The notes below the pieces were generated by a model. The model had not been told where the DNA came from and searched no databases. It was given only the letters and a program-made list of their open reading frames with translations. The position numbers were made by a program, and so were the translations under genes. Source: Candidatus Latescibacterota bacterium (lineage in GTDB: Bacteria; Latescibacterota; UBA2968; UBA8231). Taken from it: a stretch of 64,000 bases of DNA. Below, one piece after another: positions 49,101 to 59,382 of the stretch; the stretch's first letter is position 1; each line of letters begins with the position of its first letter. The stretch lies in contig CBDCDC010000002.1 of assembly GCA_965215195.1 (NCBI GenBank), positions 96,001 through 160,000 on the forward strand, given 5' to 3'.

Positions 49101-50756
49101 TCAGGCGCAGACGCGCTGGGCTACTTGGTCTGGAAAGTACTTGAGGAGGCTATCGGTGATAAAGGGAGCGGCCATGCCGAGGCCGCAGGCGCTGGTGGCC
49201 TTCATGGTGTCGCCGATGTCTGTTACTTCGGTGCGCCACGCGGCTAGGTCTGCTGGCCCGTCGCCATTGAGCCGCTCGGTCAGCCGCTGGGTGCCAATGC
49301 GGCAGGGGAAGCACTTGCCGCAGGACTCTTCGGCGAAGAAGGCCATGGCTTGGCGGGCGATGGCCACCATGTCGCGGCGGTCGTCAAAGGCCATGATGCC
49401 GCCCGCGCCGAGCATAGAGCCGCGGGCGCGGATGGCCGGCTCGTCGAGGGTGACGGAGAGGTCGTCGCTGGCGAGAAAGCCGCCGGAGAGGCCGGCCATA
49501 GTAACGGCTTGGATTGGACGGCCGCGGCTTGGCCCGCCGGCCCACTCGTGGAGTAGGGTGGGAAGCGGCAGGCCCAAGGGGACTTCGTAGTTGCCCGGCC
49601 GCTGCACGTCGCCCGACAGGCTGATGACCTTGGTGCCCGGGTGGCCGTCGAGACCCAGCGCGCGATACCACGCGGCCCCGCGCCGCACGATCGGGGGCAC
49701 CGAGGCCAAGGTTTCGACGTTGTTGACGGCCGTGGGCAGGTTTGCAAAGCCGTGCGTCACCGGGAAGGGCGGGCGGTTGCGCGGGTAGGGGTGTTTGCCT
49801 TCGAGGCTGTTGAGCAAAGAGCCTTCCTCGCCGCAGATATAAGCCCCGGCGCCGCGGCGGATGTGGAGCGCACAGGAGAAGTTGCTGCCGAGGATGTGCT
49901 CGCCGATTAAGTTGGCGGCGCGGGCCTCGGCCAGTGCGTTGGCGAGAATGGCGTGGATTTCTGGGTATTCGTAGCGCAAATAGATAAAGGCGCGGGTAGC
50001 GCCGGTGGCGTACGCGGCGAGGAGCATGCCCTCGATGACCGCGTGTGGGTCCCATTCGAGGAGGGCGCGGTCCTTAAAGCAGCCCGGCTCGCCCTCGTCG
50101 GCATTGCAGACGACGGTTTTGGGTGCGCCCGGGGCCTCGGCAACGGCCTGCCACTTCTGGCCGGTGGGAAAGCCCGCGCCGCCCCGGCCGGCGAGTTGAC
50201 TGTCGGCAATGAGGGCTACCAGTTCGGCTGGCTTCCCGGCGAAGGCTTGTTGCAGTGCTTGGTAGCCGCCGCTTTGGCGATAGCCGGACAGGGTGGCGCG
50301 GCCCGGAGCGCGGATGTCGGCGAAGACGCATTCCTCATAGCCGCCGGGATTGGGCACGGGCCGGGGCGAGGGGCTGGGCGCAAGGCCGTCCGCAGCGGTC
50401 CCGACCAGCACCTGATGGCCTTGGAGGACCGGAATGGGATCGTCGCAGCGACCGGCGCACGGCATGGGCGTGGCGTTGGCGAGGCTGGCGCAGAGCGCGT
50501 CGGCTCCGCGCAGCGCGCAGATCGGACCGGTGCAGACGCGCGGGGCGCTTTGGCCGGGTGCTTGGCGGGCGAAGTGGTGGTAAAAGGTGACGGTGGCAAA
50601 AAGCTCGGCGAGGGGGATTTTCAGGCCCGTTGATACGGCCTCGATCGCTTCTTCCGACAAATAGCTGTCGCGGTCGTGGAAGGCGTGCAGGAGCGGCAAC
50701 AGGGGCGCAGTTTCGTCCTGCCACTGTGCGACGAGCGCGGCGTCTGGGGAGATCAA
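49101..50756 (-). CDS. NuoE-NuoF-like fused NAD(H)-binding subunit of formate dehydrogenase (start approximate)
   Basis: TFYHHF, C-x4-C...C-x3-C, GRGGAGFP, NADEGEPG, YICGEE, ESCGKCFPCR. Confidence 0.9.
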   Translation of the reverse strand: MISPDAALVAQWQDETAPLLPLLHAFHDRDSYLSEEAIEAVSTGLKIPLAELFATVTFYHHFARQAPGQSAPRVCTGPICALRGADALCASLANATPMPCAGRCDDPIPVLQGHQVLVGTAADGLAPSPSPRPVPNPGGYEECVFADIRAPGRATLSGYRQSGGYQALQQAFAGKPAELVALIADSQLAGRGGAGFPTGQKWQAVAEAPGAPKTVVCNADEGEPGCFKDRALLEWDPHAVIEGMLLAAYATGATRAFIYLRYEYPEIHAILANALAEARAANLIGEHILGSNFSCALHIRRGAGAYICGEEGSLLNSLEGKHPYPRNRPPFPVTHGFANLPTAVNNVETLASVPPIVRRGAAWYRALGLDGHPGTKVISLSGDVQRPGNYEVPLGLPLPTLLHEWAGGPSRGRPIQAVTMAGLSGGFLASDDLSVTLDEPAIRARGSMLGAGGIMAFDDRRDMVAIARQAMAFFAEESCGKCFPCRIGTQRLTERLNGDGPADLAAWRTEVTDIGDTMKATSACGLGMAAPFITDSLLKYFPDQVAQRVCA

Positions 50757-51037
50757 GCTAGGGACCTTGCGGAAGCTGCCGCCGACGTAGGATGAGGCGG
50801 CTGAGTTGAAGTCTATTGCTATTTGGATAACTATAGGCGTTGCGCCAACTGAGGGCAATTCATCTACATCAATTATCCTGCATGGCTTCCAGCATAAGGG
50901 CGCGCAATTCGCGGTCAACCTCGATCCCGAATGCCTTGAAAGGTTTGACGCGGTTTTGTTATATACGCATTTTAACCCTATAAAAATATGCGTGTAAGAG
51001 TTTTGTCACGGTTATATTAGGTGCGTAGAGGAATGAC

Positions 51038-52411
51038 GTGTTTCGAGCCGCAATTTGCAATCTGAAGACTTGGCAGACCAAGCCAAAGCGCAAACCGCTG
51101 GTGGTTCGGGGTGCCCGGCAGGTGGGGAAGACCTACCTGATCCGGCAATTTGGCCACGAGTGCTTCCACAATACGGTGGAGTTGAACTTCGAGAGACAAC
51201 CCGAGCTGGCACAGCTATTTGCGTCCAAAGACCCCAACGAGGTCCTCCCGTTGATCGAGTTGCAGTACAACGCAGCTATCAACCCCGGGGGAACGCTCCT
51301 GTTCCTCGACGAGATCCAAGCGGCACCACAGGTCTTTGAGGTGCTGCGCTACTTCTTTGAGGAACGGCCCGATATCCACGTCATCGCCGCGGGTTCACTG
51401 CTCGAATTCGCGCTGGCCGAACCATCCTTTGCAGTGCCTGTTGGCCGCATTGAATACTTGTACCTCGGTCCTATGACCTTTGAGGAATTTCTGCTGGCCC
51501 AAGGCAAAGAGCGCCTCGTTTCTTTTCTTCGTTCCTTTGAGTTCCCCGCCACCATACCCGACCCTTTGCACCGTCAGCTACTGGACGCCGTGCGGCAGTA
51601 CCTCGTGGTGGGCGGGATGCCGGCCAGCGTGTTTGCCTACACCCAGTCCGCGTCGCTTGCCGATACCGAGTCTGAGAAACAATCGATCCTCGAGACCTTT
51701 GTCGAGGATTTTGGCAAATACGCGCGCAGGGCCGATCCCGACCGGCTGCGCAAGGTCTTCACCCGTCTCCCGCTGCTGATTGGTCGGCGGCTGAAATACG
51801 CCCATATTGACCGGGACGATCAGGCGAGAAACCTGGCCCATGCCTTGTCGTTGTTGTGCAAGGCCCTCGTCGCTTGGCGCGTCCATCACAGCGCCTGTAA
51901 CGGCGTCCCGCTGCGGGCGGAAATCAAAGAGACCGCGTTTAAGCCGCTGTTGCTCGACGTCGGCTTGATGTCCAGCGCCTGCGGCCTCAACCTGCTGGAC
52001 TTTACCAGCGCAGACGTGCTGCAAGTGAACCAAGGGAGTGTCTGCGAGCAGTTTGTCGGACAACATTTGCTCTACGGGCAGCCTTCCTTCGTCAGGCCGG
52101 AGCTGTTCTTCTGGATGCGGGAGAAGCCATCTTCCAATGCCGAAGTCGATTACGCGATCAGCATGGGTACTAAAATCATCCCCGTCGAAGTCAAGGCGGG
52201 CAAGACCGGCACGCTCAAGTCGTTGCAGGTCTTTCTCAAGATCAAGGCACAGAAAATAGGGGTGCGCGTGAACAGCGCTCCTCCCACTAGGCATACGGCC
52301 AACTATGCCTTGCCCGGGATGGCGGACCAATCCTTTGAATTGGTCTCGATCCCTTTCTACCTAGTGGGGCAATTGCGTCGGTTATTAGGCGAAAAACAAA
52401 GCGGCGGCTAG
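51038..52411 (+). CDS. AAA_14 ATPase with DUF4143 / PD-(D/E)xK tail
   Basis: GARQVGKT, LFLDEIQ, VGGMP, AEVDY...PVEVK. Confidence 0.9.
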   Translation: MFRAAICNLKTWQTKPKRKPLVVRGARQVGKTYLIRQFGHECFHNTVELNFERQPELAQLFASKDPNEVLPLIELQYNAAINPGGTLLFLDEIQAAPQVFEVLRYFFEERPDIHVIAAGSLLEFALAEPSFAVPVGRIEYLYLGPMTFEEFLLAQGKERLVSFLRSFEFPATIPDPLHRQLLDAVRQYLVVGGMPASVFAYTQSASLADTESEKQSILETFVEDFGKYARRADPDRLRKVFTRLPLLIGRRLKYAHIDRDDQARNLAHALSLLCKALVAWRVHHSACNGVPLRAEIKETAFKPLLLDVGLMSSACGLNLLDFTSADVLQVNQGSVCEQFVGQHLLYGQPSFVRPELFFWMREKPSSNAEVDYAISMGTKIIPVEVKAGKTGTLKSLQVFLKIKAQKIGVRVNSAPPTRHTANYALPGMADQSFELVSIPFYLVGQLRRLLGEKQSGG

Positions 52412-52504
52412 TGCATTGTGCGAATTTGGCTGACTCGTGAGCATGCCCTTTATTTTGTCTTAATCCGCGAAGATAGGGAACGTTCGCCGCCTTTACACAT
52501 TGCT

Positions 52505-55500
52505 ATGGACCCAAGCCTTTCGCCTCGCTGCCTTTCGCTCGACCTCGAAGTCGGCAAGCAAAATCGCCGCATTCATGCCTTCGCCGCGGTGCGCTTGGAT
52601 GTCGAGCAACCGCTGGTCTTCCACGGCGGCGACTTGGCGGCAGCGTTGGCAGCACTCGACGAATTCGCTGATGGCGCGGACTTCCTGCTCGGCCACAACC
52701 TAATCGCTTTCGATCGGCCCCAGCTAAAAGCAGCCAAGCCCGATCTGCGGCTGTTGAAGCTGCCGGCGGTGGATACGCTGCGGCTCAACCCCCTCGCCTT
52801 TCCCCGCAATCCCTATCACCACCTCGTCAAACACTATCAGGACGGACAGCTCAAACGCGGGCGACGGAACGACCCGGAACTCGATGCCCGGCTCGCGCTA
52901 GAGGTCTTTGGCGATCAGCAAACCGCGTTACGCAATGCGCCGCGTGGCTTGCTCGCCGCGTGGCATTGGCTGACCGGAACAGGCGCGGGATTCGACGCTG
53001 TTTTCACCGACATACGGGACGCGCGCCGGCCAACCGACGCGGCCGCAAAAGCGGCGATCGGCGAGCAGCTTGCGGGCAATGCCTGTCAGAATCGCGGTCG
53101 GGATGTTCTCGAGCATGTCGCCCAAAGCGGTTGGCCGCTAGCGTACGCGCTGGCTTGGCTGTCCGTTGCGGGCGGCAATTCCGTGATGCCGCCGTGGGTT
53201 CGACATCAGTTCCCAGAAGCCGGTACGCTGGTTCGCCGACTACGGGATGTGTCCTGCGGCGCGGCGGACTGCGATTGGTGCCGGGAGAGACACGACGCGC
53301 GCAAGGAGCTTAAACGCTGGTTCGGTTTTGACGATTTTCGCCCGGAGCCGCTCGACGAGGCCGGCCGGCCCATGCAGCAGGTCATCGTCGAGGCGGCAAT
53401 GGCCGGAGAGCACGTTCTGGGGATTCTGCCCACCGGCACCGGCAAGTCGCTCTGCTACCAGATCCCGGCCCTGTCCCGCTACGACAAAATCGGCGCTCTC
53501 ACGGTGGTTATTTCGCCCCTCGTAGCGCTCATGGCCGATCAGGTGGCGGGGCTGGAGGCTCGTGGAATCGGCTCGTGCGTGGCCATCAACGGGTTGCTGT
53601 CCATGCCCGAGCGGGCCGATGCGCTGGAGCGGGTGCGCTTGGGGGATGCAGGTATTCTCGTCATCTCGCCGGAGCAACTCCGCAACCGCTCCCTGCGCCG
53701 TGCGCTCGATCAACGCGAGATCGGGGCTTGGGTGCTGGACGAAGCCCATTGTCTCTCGAAGTGGGGGCACGACTTTCGCCCGGATTATCGCTACGTGGGG
53801 CGCTTCATCCGCGAAAAGGCGGGACAGGACCCGATCCCGCCGGTGCTGTGCCTAACTGCAACCGCCAAGCCCGATGTAGTAGCGGACATTGAGCAGCATT
53901 TCCAGGACGAGCTCGATACAGGACTGAAGGTTTTGGACGGCGGTGCCCAGCGCACCAATCTGGACTTCACAGTGGTGCCGACGACCGGGGGAGAGAAATT
54001 CGCGCATATCCATCAGCTTCTGATGGCCGACCTGCCGCCGGATGCGCCCGGCGGTGCCATTGTCTATTGTGCGACGCGCAAGCGGACCGAAGAGGTGGCC
54101 GAGTTTTTGCAGAACAAGGAGCTCGCGGCAGACTACTTCCACTCCAAGCTGTCGCCGGAGACCAAGAAGGATGTGCAGCGGCGCTTCATCGGCGGCGATC
54201 TGCGCGTGATCGCGGCTACCAATGCCTTTGGCATGGGCATTGACAAGCCAGACGTGCGACTGGTGATCCACGCCGACATCCCGGGGTCGCTGGAGAACTA
54301 CATGCAGGAGGCCGGCCGCGCCGGCCGCGACCGTGATATGGCTCGTTGCGTACTGCTCTATGCGACGGATGACGTGGAGAGACAGTTCGGCCTGTCGGCG
54401 AGTTCGCGGCTCACTCGGCGAGAGATTCACGGCGTGCTGAGATCCCTGCGCAACTTGGACCGGAAGAAGCGTCTGAAAGGCGAGGTCGTGGCTACCACCG
54501 GCGAGATCCTCGACGAGGACGAGGAAAAGGTCTTTGAGCGGGACTCCGCCACCGACGATACCCGCGTACGAACCGCCATATCTTGGCTTGAGGAGGCGGT
54601 GCTGCTGACCCGGGAAGAGAACCAAGTGCAGGTGTTTCCTTCGTCTCTGCGGGTGGACTCGGTGAAGGAAGCACGCCGTCGGTTGGCAAAGGCGTCCGCG
54701 ACCGATGACTACCGGCAACGGCTGCTCAGAATCGCCGAGACGCTGATTGACGCCGACCCCGACGAGGGCATCTCTACCGACGCTCTGATGGGCGTATCCG
54801 GCCTGAGTGCCGAAGGTGTGCGCGCTGCCCTGTACGACTTGGAGCGGCTGGGTATCGCCCGCAACGATACGGCTCTGACCGCCTTTGTCCACGCGGGGGT
54901 GGAGCGCAACTCGCGGAAGCGCTTTGATGAGGCGGCGGAATTGGAGACCGCCCTGATCGCGCAGATGCGCGAGGCCGCACCGGATATGGACAAGGGAGAC
55001 ACCGCACCCCTGCATTTGCGCGTGGCCGCGCAAACCCTGCGCGATGCGGGAGTGGCTGATCCGCTGCCGGAACGGCTGCGGCGCATTCTCCGCAGCATCG
55101 CCCGCGACGGGCGCGGCGAAGGGGGCGGCACTGGCAGCATCGGAATGCAACAGCGGGATGCGGAAACGGTGCAGGTGACGCTGCGGCGCACGTGGGCGGA
55201 TTTGGAGGAGCTCGCGTCGCGCCGACGCAATGGGGCCAAGCTCCTGCTGAATCACTTGCTCGCTTGCCTGCCGCCTCGGAGTCGGGGCACGGACTTGCTG
55301 GCTGAGACCACCCTCGGCAAGCTGTTGGAAGCGATTACGTCCGACCTGTTTCTAAAGAGCAAAAATCCCGAGAAGTTGCTGGACCGCGCCCTGTTATGGC
55401 TACACGAGCAGGAGGTCATTCGCCTGCACAAAGGTCTAGCGGTATTCCGTCCGGCCATGACCATCCGGCTAGCTGAAGAGAGGCGCGGCTTTGCCAACGC

Positions 55501-57667
55501 CGACTTTGAGCCGCTTAAGCTCCACTACAAGGGGCAGGTACTGCAGATCCACGTGATGGCGGAGTTTGCCGAGCGGGGCTGCGAGGCCATAACCGATGCC
55601 ATGCGTATGGCCATGGACTACTTCAGCCTAACAGAGGAGGAATTCCTCGGCCGTTGGATGCCAGAGCGGGACAAGGAGACTGAGCGGCAGACCACGCCCG
55701 AATCGTGGCGAGCCATCGTCGAAAGCCTGAAGAATCCCATCCAGCAACGCATCGTCGCGGATGATCGAGAGCAGACAAACGTGCTGGTGCTGGCTGGTCC
55801 CGGTTCCGGCAAGACGCGAGTGCTAGTGCATCGCATCGCCTATCTGGTGCGCGTAAGGCGCGAGAATCCCCGCGGCATCCTAGCTTTGGCCTACAACCGG
55901 CACGCAGCGGTCGAGATCCGGCGACGCCTCATGGATTTGATCGGCGACGACGCCCGCGGGATAACCGTGCTCACCTGTCATGCGCTGGCCATGCGCATAG
56001 TCGGCGTCAGCTTCGAGGAGCGGGAGAGGAAGCTACTGGACGATGGTGCATTCCGGGAGGTGTTGCGCCAAGCCGTGGCGCTGTTGCGCGGCGAGGGGCT
56101 GGAGCCGGAGGAAGCCGACGATCAGCGGGAACGACTCCTCGCGGGTTTCCGCTGGATACTCGTGGACGAATACCAAGACATCGGGGCGGATCAATACGAG
56201 TTGATATCGGCCTTGGCCGGCCGGACCCTAAAGGATGAGGATCGCAAGCTCACCCTCTTCTCAGTAGGCGACGACGATCAGAACATCTACGCCTTCAATG
56301 GCGCTTCAGTGGAGTTCATTCGCCGTTTTGAAGCGGATTACGGGCCGAAGCCCACCTACTTAATCGACAACTACCGTTCCACCGGCCACATCATCGCAGC
56401 GGCCAATGCGTTGATCGCGCCGGCTCGACAACGGCTTAAAACCGGACATCCCATCCGCATCAACCGGGCCCGTGCGAAAAATCCGCCGGGCGGGGACTGG
56501 TGTGCGTTAGACTCGGTCGCTCAAGGCCGGGTACAACTTCTGCCGGCGCGGCACGACCCGATCTCGCAAGCGCAGGTGGCGATGCTGGAGTTGCAGCGCC
56601 TCGCCACCCTCTCACCGGACTGGGACTGGTCCCAGTGCGCGGTGATCGCCCGCGAATGGAAGTATCTGGATCCGGTCCGCGCCTTCTGCGAACTCCACCG
56701 CATCCCGGCGCAGATGGGGAACGAAGAAATCCCGAGCTTCTGGCACCTGCGAGAAACCCGAACGCTTGTCGAATGGCTGCGCGGACGCGAGACCCGGATC
56801 GTGGGCAGTGCTGAGCTGAGGGATTGGCTGGACGCGCAAACGCCCGGCCCATGGAACGACCTGCTGCGGCAAGCCCTAGACGAGCGTTCCCTAGAAACCA
56901 GCGACGCGGAAATGCCGGTGGACCACTTCATTGAGTGGCTGGCCGAGTGGGGGCGAGACATACGCCGCCGCCAGCGCGGGCTCTTGCTGCTGACCGCACA
57001 CCGCGCCAAGGGATTGGAGTTCGACCACGTGGCCGTGCTCGACGGAGGCTGGGACAAAGTCGATAAGGGCGAGGACCCGGACGCGTCGCGTAGGCTCTAC
57101 TACGTGGCCATGACGCGCGCCCGGCAGACCCTTGCGCTCGTGCGTTTTCAAGGATCGCGCCCCGCAGTAGGGACTGGGCGGCCTGATTTTGTAAAGGAGC
57201 CTGAACCGCCGGCATACTTGGGGCGCTTGCACCCGCTGCCGTATGCCCTTCCGAACAACGGCTCGATTTTGCACCGCACGTCCGATGGCTTGCAACCGGA
57301 AACCTTGGAACTCTCGCGTCAATATCGGCGGCCCAGCCTGGGCGAAGTCTATTTGGGCTTTGCCGGGCGTCTGCACGCCAATCATCCGTTGCATCGTGCG
57401 ATTGCCTCTTTGTCGCCCGGCGATCGCTTGGAAGCGCGGATTGCCCAAACAGGCTCTTGGGAATTGCTAGACCGGTCGGGGATGGTGGTGGGTCGCCTTG
57501 CCCGAGCCTTTGAACCCCCACCGGGAACGCGGTGCAGGTCCGCCGCGGTTTTCGCTGTGGTGGCTTGGAGCCGCGAAGCGTCGGAGCCGCAGTACCGCGA
57601 TCGTGCGAAATGCGATGCTTGGGAGGTCGTGGTGCCGGAGCTGGTGTTTGAGCCGGAGCGCGAATAA
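52505..57667 (+). CDS. RecQ-UvrD double-helicase fusion with an N-terminal RNase H-like exonuclease-type domain
   Basis: DLE...GHN..FD; PTGTGKSLCYQ, DEAH, AFGMGIDK, QEAGRAGR; AGPGSGKT, VDEYQD, GDDDQNIY, HRAKGLEF, YVAMTRA. Confidence 0.9.
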   Translation: MDPSLSPRCLSLDLEVGKQNRRIHAFAAVRLDVEQPLVFHGGDLAAALAALDEFADGADFLLGHNLIAFDRPQLKAAKPDLRLLKLPAVDTLRLNPLAFPRNPYHHLVKHYQDGQLKRGRRNDPELDARLALEVFGDQQTALRNAPRGLLAAWHWLTGTGAGFDAVFTDIRDARRPTDAAAKAAIGEQLAGNACQNRGRDVLEHVAQSGWPLAYALAWLSVAGGNSVMPPWVRHQFPEAGTLVRRLRDVSCGAADCDWCRERHDARKELKRWFGFDDFRPEPLDEAGRPMQQVIVEAAMAGEHVLGILPTGTGKSLCYQIPALSRYDKIGALTVVISPLVALMADQVAGLEARGIGSCVAINGLLSMPERADALERVRLGDAGILVISPEQLRNRSLRRALDQREIGAWVLDEAHCLSKWGHDFRPDYRYVGRFIREKAGQDPIPPVLCLTATAKPDVVADIEQHFQDELDTGLKVLDGGAQRTNLDFTVVPTTGGEKFAHIHQLLMADLPPDAPGGAIVYCATRKRTEEVAEFLQNKELAADYFHSKLSPETKKDVQRRFIGGDLRVIAATNAFGMGIDKPDVRLVIHADIPGSLENYMQEAGRAGRDRDMARCVLLYATDDVERQFGLSASSRLTRREIHGVLRSLRNLDRKKRLKGEVVATTGEILDEDEEKVFERDSATDDTRVRTAISWLEEAVLLTREENQVQVFPSSLRVDSVKEARRRLAKASATDDYRQRLLRIAETLIDADPDEGISTDALMGVSGLSAEGVRAALYDLERLGIARNDTALTAFVHAGVERNSRKRFDEAAELETALIAQMREAAPDMDKGDTAPLHLRVAAQTLRDAGVADPLPERLRRILRSIARDGRGEGGGTGSIGMQQRDAETVQVTLRRTWADLEELASRRRNGAKLLLNHLLACLPPRSRGTDLLAETTLGKLLEAITSDLFLKSKNPEKLLDRALLWLHEQEVIRLHKGLAVFRPAMTIRLAEERRGFANADFEPLKLHYKGQVLQIHVMAEFAERGCEAITDAMRMAMDYFSLTEEEFLGRWMPERDKETERQTTPESWRAIVESLKNPIQQRIVADDREQTNVLVLAGPGSGKTRVLVHRIAYLVRVRRENPRGILALAYNRHAAVEIRRRLMDLIGDDARGITVLTCHALAMRIVGVSFEERERKLLDDGAFREVLRQAVALLRGEGLEPEEADDQRERLLAGFRWILVDEYQDIGADQYELISALAGRTLKDEDRKLTLFSVGDDDQNIYAFNGASVEFIRRFEADYGPKPTYLIDNYRSTGHIIAAANALIAPARQRLKTGHPIRINRARAKNPPGGDWCALDSVAQGRVQLLPARHDPISQAQVAMLELQRLATLSPDWDWSQCAVIAREWKYLDPVRAFCELHRIPAQMGNEEIPSFWHLRETRTLVEWLRGRETRIVGSAELRDWLDAQTPGPWNDLLRQALDERSLETSDAEMPVDHFIEWLAEWGRDIRRRQRGLLLLTAHRAKGLEFDHVAVLDGGWDKVDKGEDPDASRRLYYVAMTRARQTLALVRFQGSRPAVGTGRPDFVKEPEPPAYLGRLHPLPYALPNNGSILHRTSDGLQPETLELSRQYRRPSLGEVYLGFAGRLHANHPLHRAIASLSPGDRLEARIAQTGSWELLDRSGMVVGRLARAFEPPPGTRCRSAAVFAVVAWSREASEPQYRDRAKCDAWEVVVPELVFEPERE

Positions 57668-57789
57668 TCCGCCGGCGACTAGCCCCGCGCCGCGGATTCG
57701 CGTCGCATGGTACTCGCGGGGGCAAGTTGACAGCCTGTGTGGGAGCGGCCTTATTTGCGCTCCAACCAACAGCCAAAGGAGCCTGAGAA

Positions 57790-58341
57790 ATGCCGGATGT
57801 TATCGTCGTAGGAGATGGGCCGGGCGGATTGAGCGCCGCGCTCTTTCTCGCCAAAAACGACATGAGCGTCACCGTCTTCGGCCAAGACAAGACCCTGATG
57901 CACAAGGCCATGCTGTACAATTATTTGGGCATTCCCAAGATCGCCGGACCCGAGTTCCAGCAGATCGGCCGCGAGCAGGTGCGCGGCTTTGGCGGGGAGA
58001 TTCAGGACACTGAAGTCAGCCGCGTCGAAAAGGGCGAGGGGGGCTTTGCTGTCGAGACCGCTGATGGCCAAAGTCACGAGGCCAAGTACCTGATCTTGGC
58101 TACCGGGCCGAGCAACCCGCTGGCCGACCGCCTAGGCGTGGCCAAAGAAGCCGACGGGTTGGTGGCCGACCGCCATGGCCGCACCGCGGTCGAAGGGCTG
58201 TACGTCATTGGCTGGAGCACCCGCCTGAAGAAGATTCAGGCCATTATCTCGGCCGGCGACGGGGCCTGCGCCGCGCTGGACATCCTCTCGGCCAAGGCTG
58301 GCGAGGACATCCACGACTTCGACCTGATCGAAGACGAGTAG
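57790..58341 (+). CDS. Short FAD-dependent oxidoreductase (thioredoxin reductase-like)
   Basis: VVGDGPGGLSAA, NYLG, ILATG, SAGDG. Confidence 0.85.
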   Translation: MPDVIVVGDGPGGLSAALFLAKNDMSVTVFGQDKTLMHKAMLYNYLGIPKIAGPEFQQIGREQVRGFGGEIQDTEVSRVEKGEGGFAVETADGQSHEAKYLILATGPSNPLADRLGVAKEADGLVADRHGRTAVEGLYVIGWSTRLKKIQAIISAGDGACAALDILSAKAGEDIHDFDLIEDE

Positions 58342-58342
58342 G

Positions 58343-59305
58343 CTAAAGCGAGACGACGCGCCCTTCTATGGCGGATTGGGTGGCCGCGAGCGTCACGGCT
58401 AAGGTTTTGACCGCCTCTGCGTAGGAGCAACGGATGCCGGCGGCATCGCCGCTCTGCACGGCTTGGAGAAAGGCGCGATCCTCGGCTTGCGTTGGGTTGT
58501 TGCCCAGCGCGACGACTTCCCGGCCGCTGGGGCGGTCGATGGTGAGCGCGCCGGAGGCGAGGCGCAGGACTTGGTTTTTCTGGTAAATGTCCAAGCCCAC
58601 CTGCCCGCCGGCCGAGAGCATACAGGCCGAGGTGATGCTGGCCACTGCGCCGCTTTGGAAGCGGAGATTGGTGACCGAGGCGTCGTGGACATCGTAGTTT
58701 GGCACGTCTTCCATCAGGCCGGTGCGCGCCATCGCGTGGACGCTCTCCACCTCTCCTATCAGGTAGCGGGCCAAGTCGAAAATGTGCGTGGTTTGCTCGA
58801 CGATCTGGCCGCCGCTCTCGGCCAACACCCGCCACCAAGACACCCCGGGCATGCCGCCGGTCCAAGCGCCGAGGGCAAAGCCCACCGGCTCGTCGCCGAG
58901 GCATGCGATTGCTTGGGCGGTCGTGTCCATGTAGCGCCAGTGATAGCCCACGGCGCTGATCAGGTTTTGGTGGCCGATGGCCGCTGCAACGGCGCGGGCT
59001 TGTTCGAGAGAAGTCGCCACGGGTTTTTCCACGAAAATGGGCAAGCCGCGCTCAATGGCCGCTAGTTCGGGCTGGGCGTGGGCAAAAGGCGGCAGGCAGA
59101 TATAGACCGCGTCGAGGGCCTCGCTGTCGTACAGGGCCTCGTAGTGGCCGTAGGCCCGGCCGCCGTACTCGCTGGCCGCAGCGAGGGCCTTTTCCTCAAC
59201 TACGTCGCAAAAGGCAATGAGTTCGGCCTCGTCGAGCTGGGCGAGGGTGCGTAGGTGGTGGTTGGCGATGCCGCCCGTGCCGACAAAGCCGATTCTGACC
59301 GTCAT
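58343..59305 (-). CDS. Gfo/Idh/MocA family oxidoreductase
   Basis: GFVGTGGIA, EKP, H.FD. Confidence 0.9.
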   Translation of the reverse strand: MTVRIGFVGTGGIANHHLRTLAQLDEAELIAFCDVVEEKALAAASEYGGRAYGHYEALYDSEALDAVYICLPPFAHAQPELAAIERGLPIFVEKPVATSLEQARAVAAAIGHQNLISAVGYHWRYMDTTAQAIACLGDEPVGFALGAWTGGMPGVSWWRVLAESGGQIVEQTTHIFDLARYLIGEVESVHAMARTGLMEDVPNYDVHDASVTNLRFQSGAVASITSACMLSAGGQVGLDIYQKNQVLRLASGALTIDRPSGREVVALGNNPTQAEDRAFLQAVQSGDAAGIRCSYAEAVKTLAVTLAATQSAIEGRVVSL

Positions 59306-59382
59306 AGCGACCTCCTTTTACCAGATTCAATGATGGGCAAGGTGTTATACAGCGCGGTGGGGCCGCTGTCAAGCTGAGTATC

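Noticed and set aside
50958-50998. Imperfect inverted repeat upstream of the ATPase-DUF4143 gene
   Set aside because: It could be an operator, but it is AT-rich, imperfect and single, so it is too weak to call.
53852-55255. Long antisense ORFs (also 23969..25243, 42957..44198, 61471..62505)
   Set aside because: Shadow ORFs typical of GC-rich coding DNA, with no recognisable motifs.
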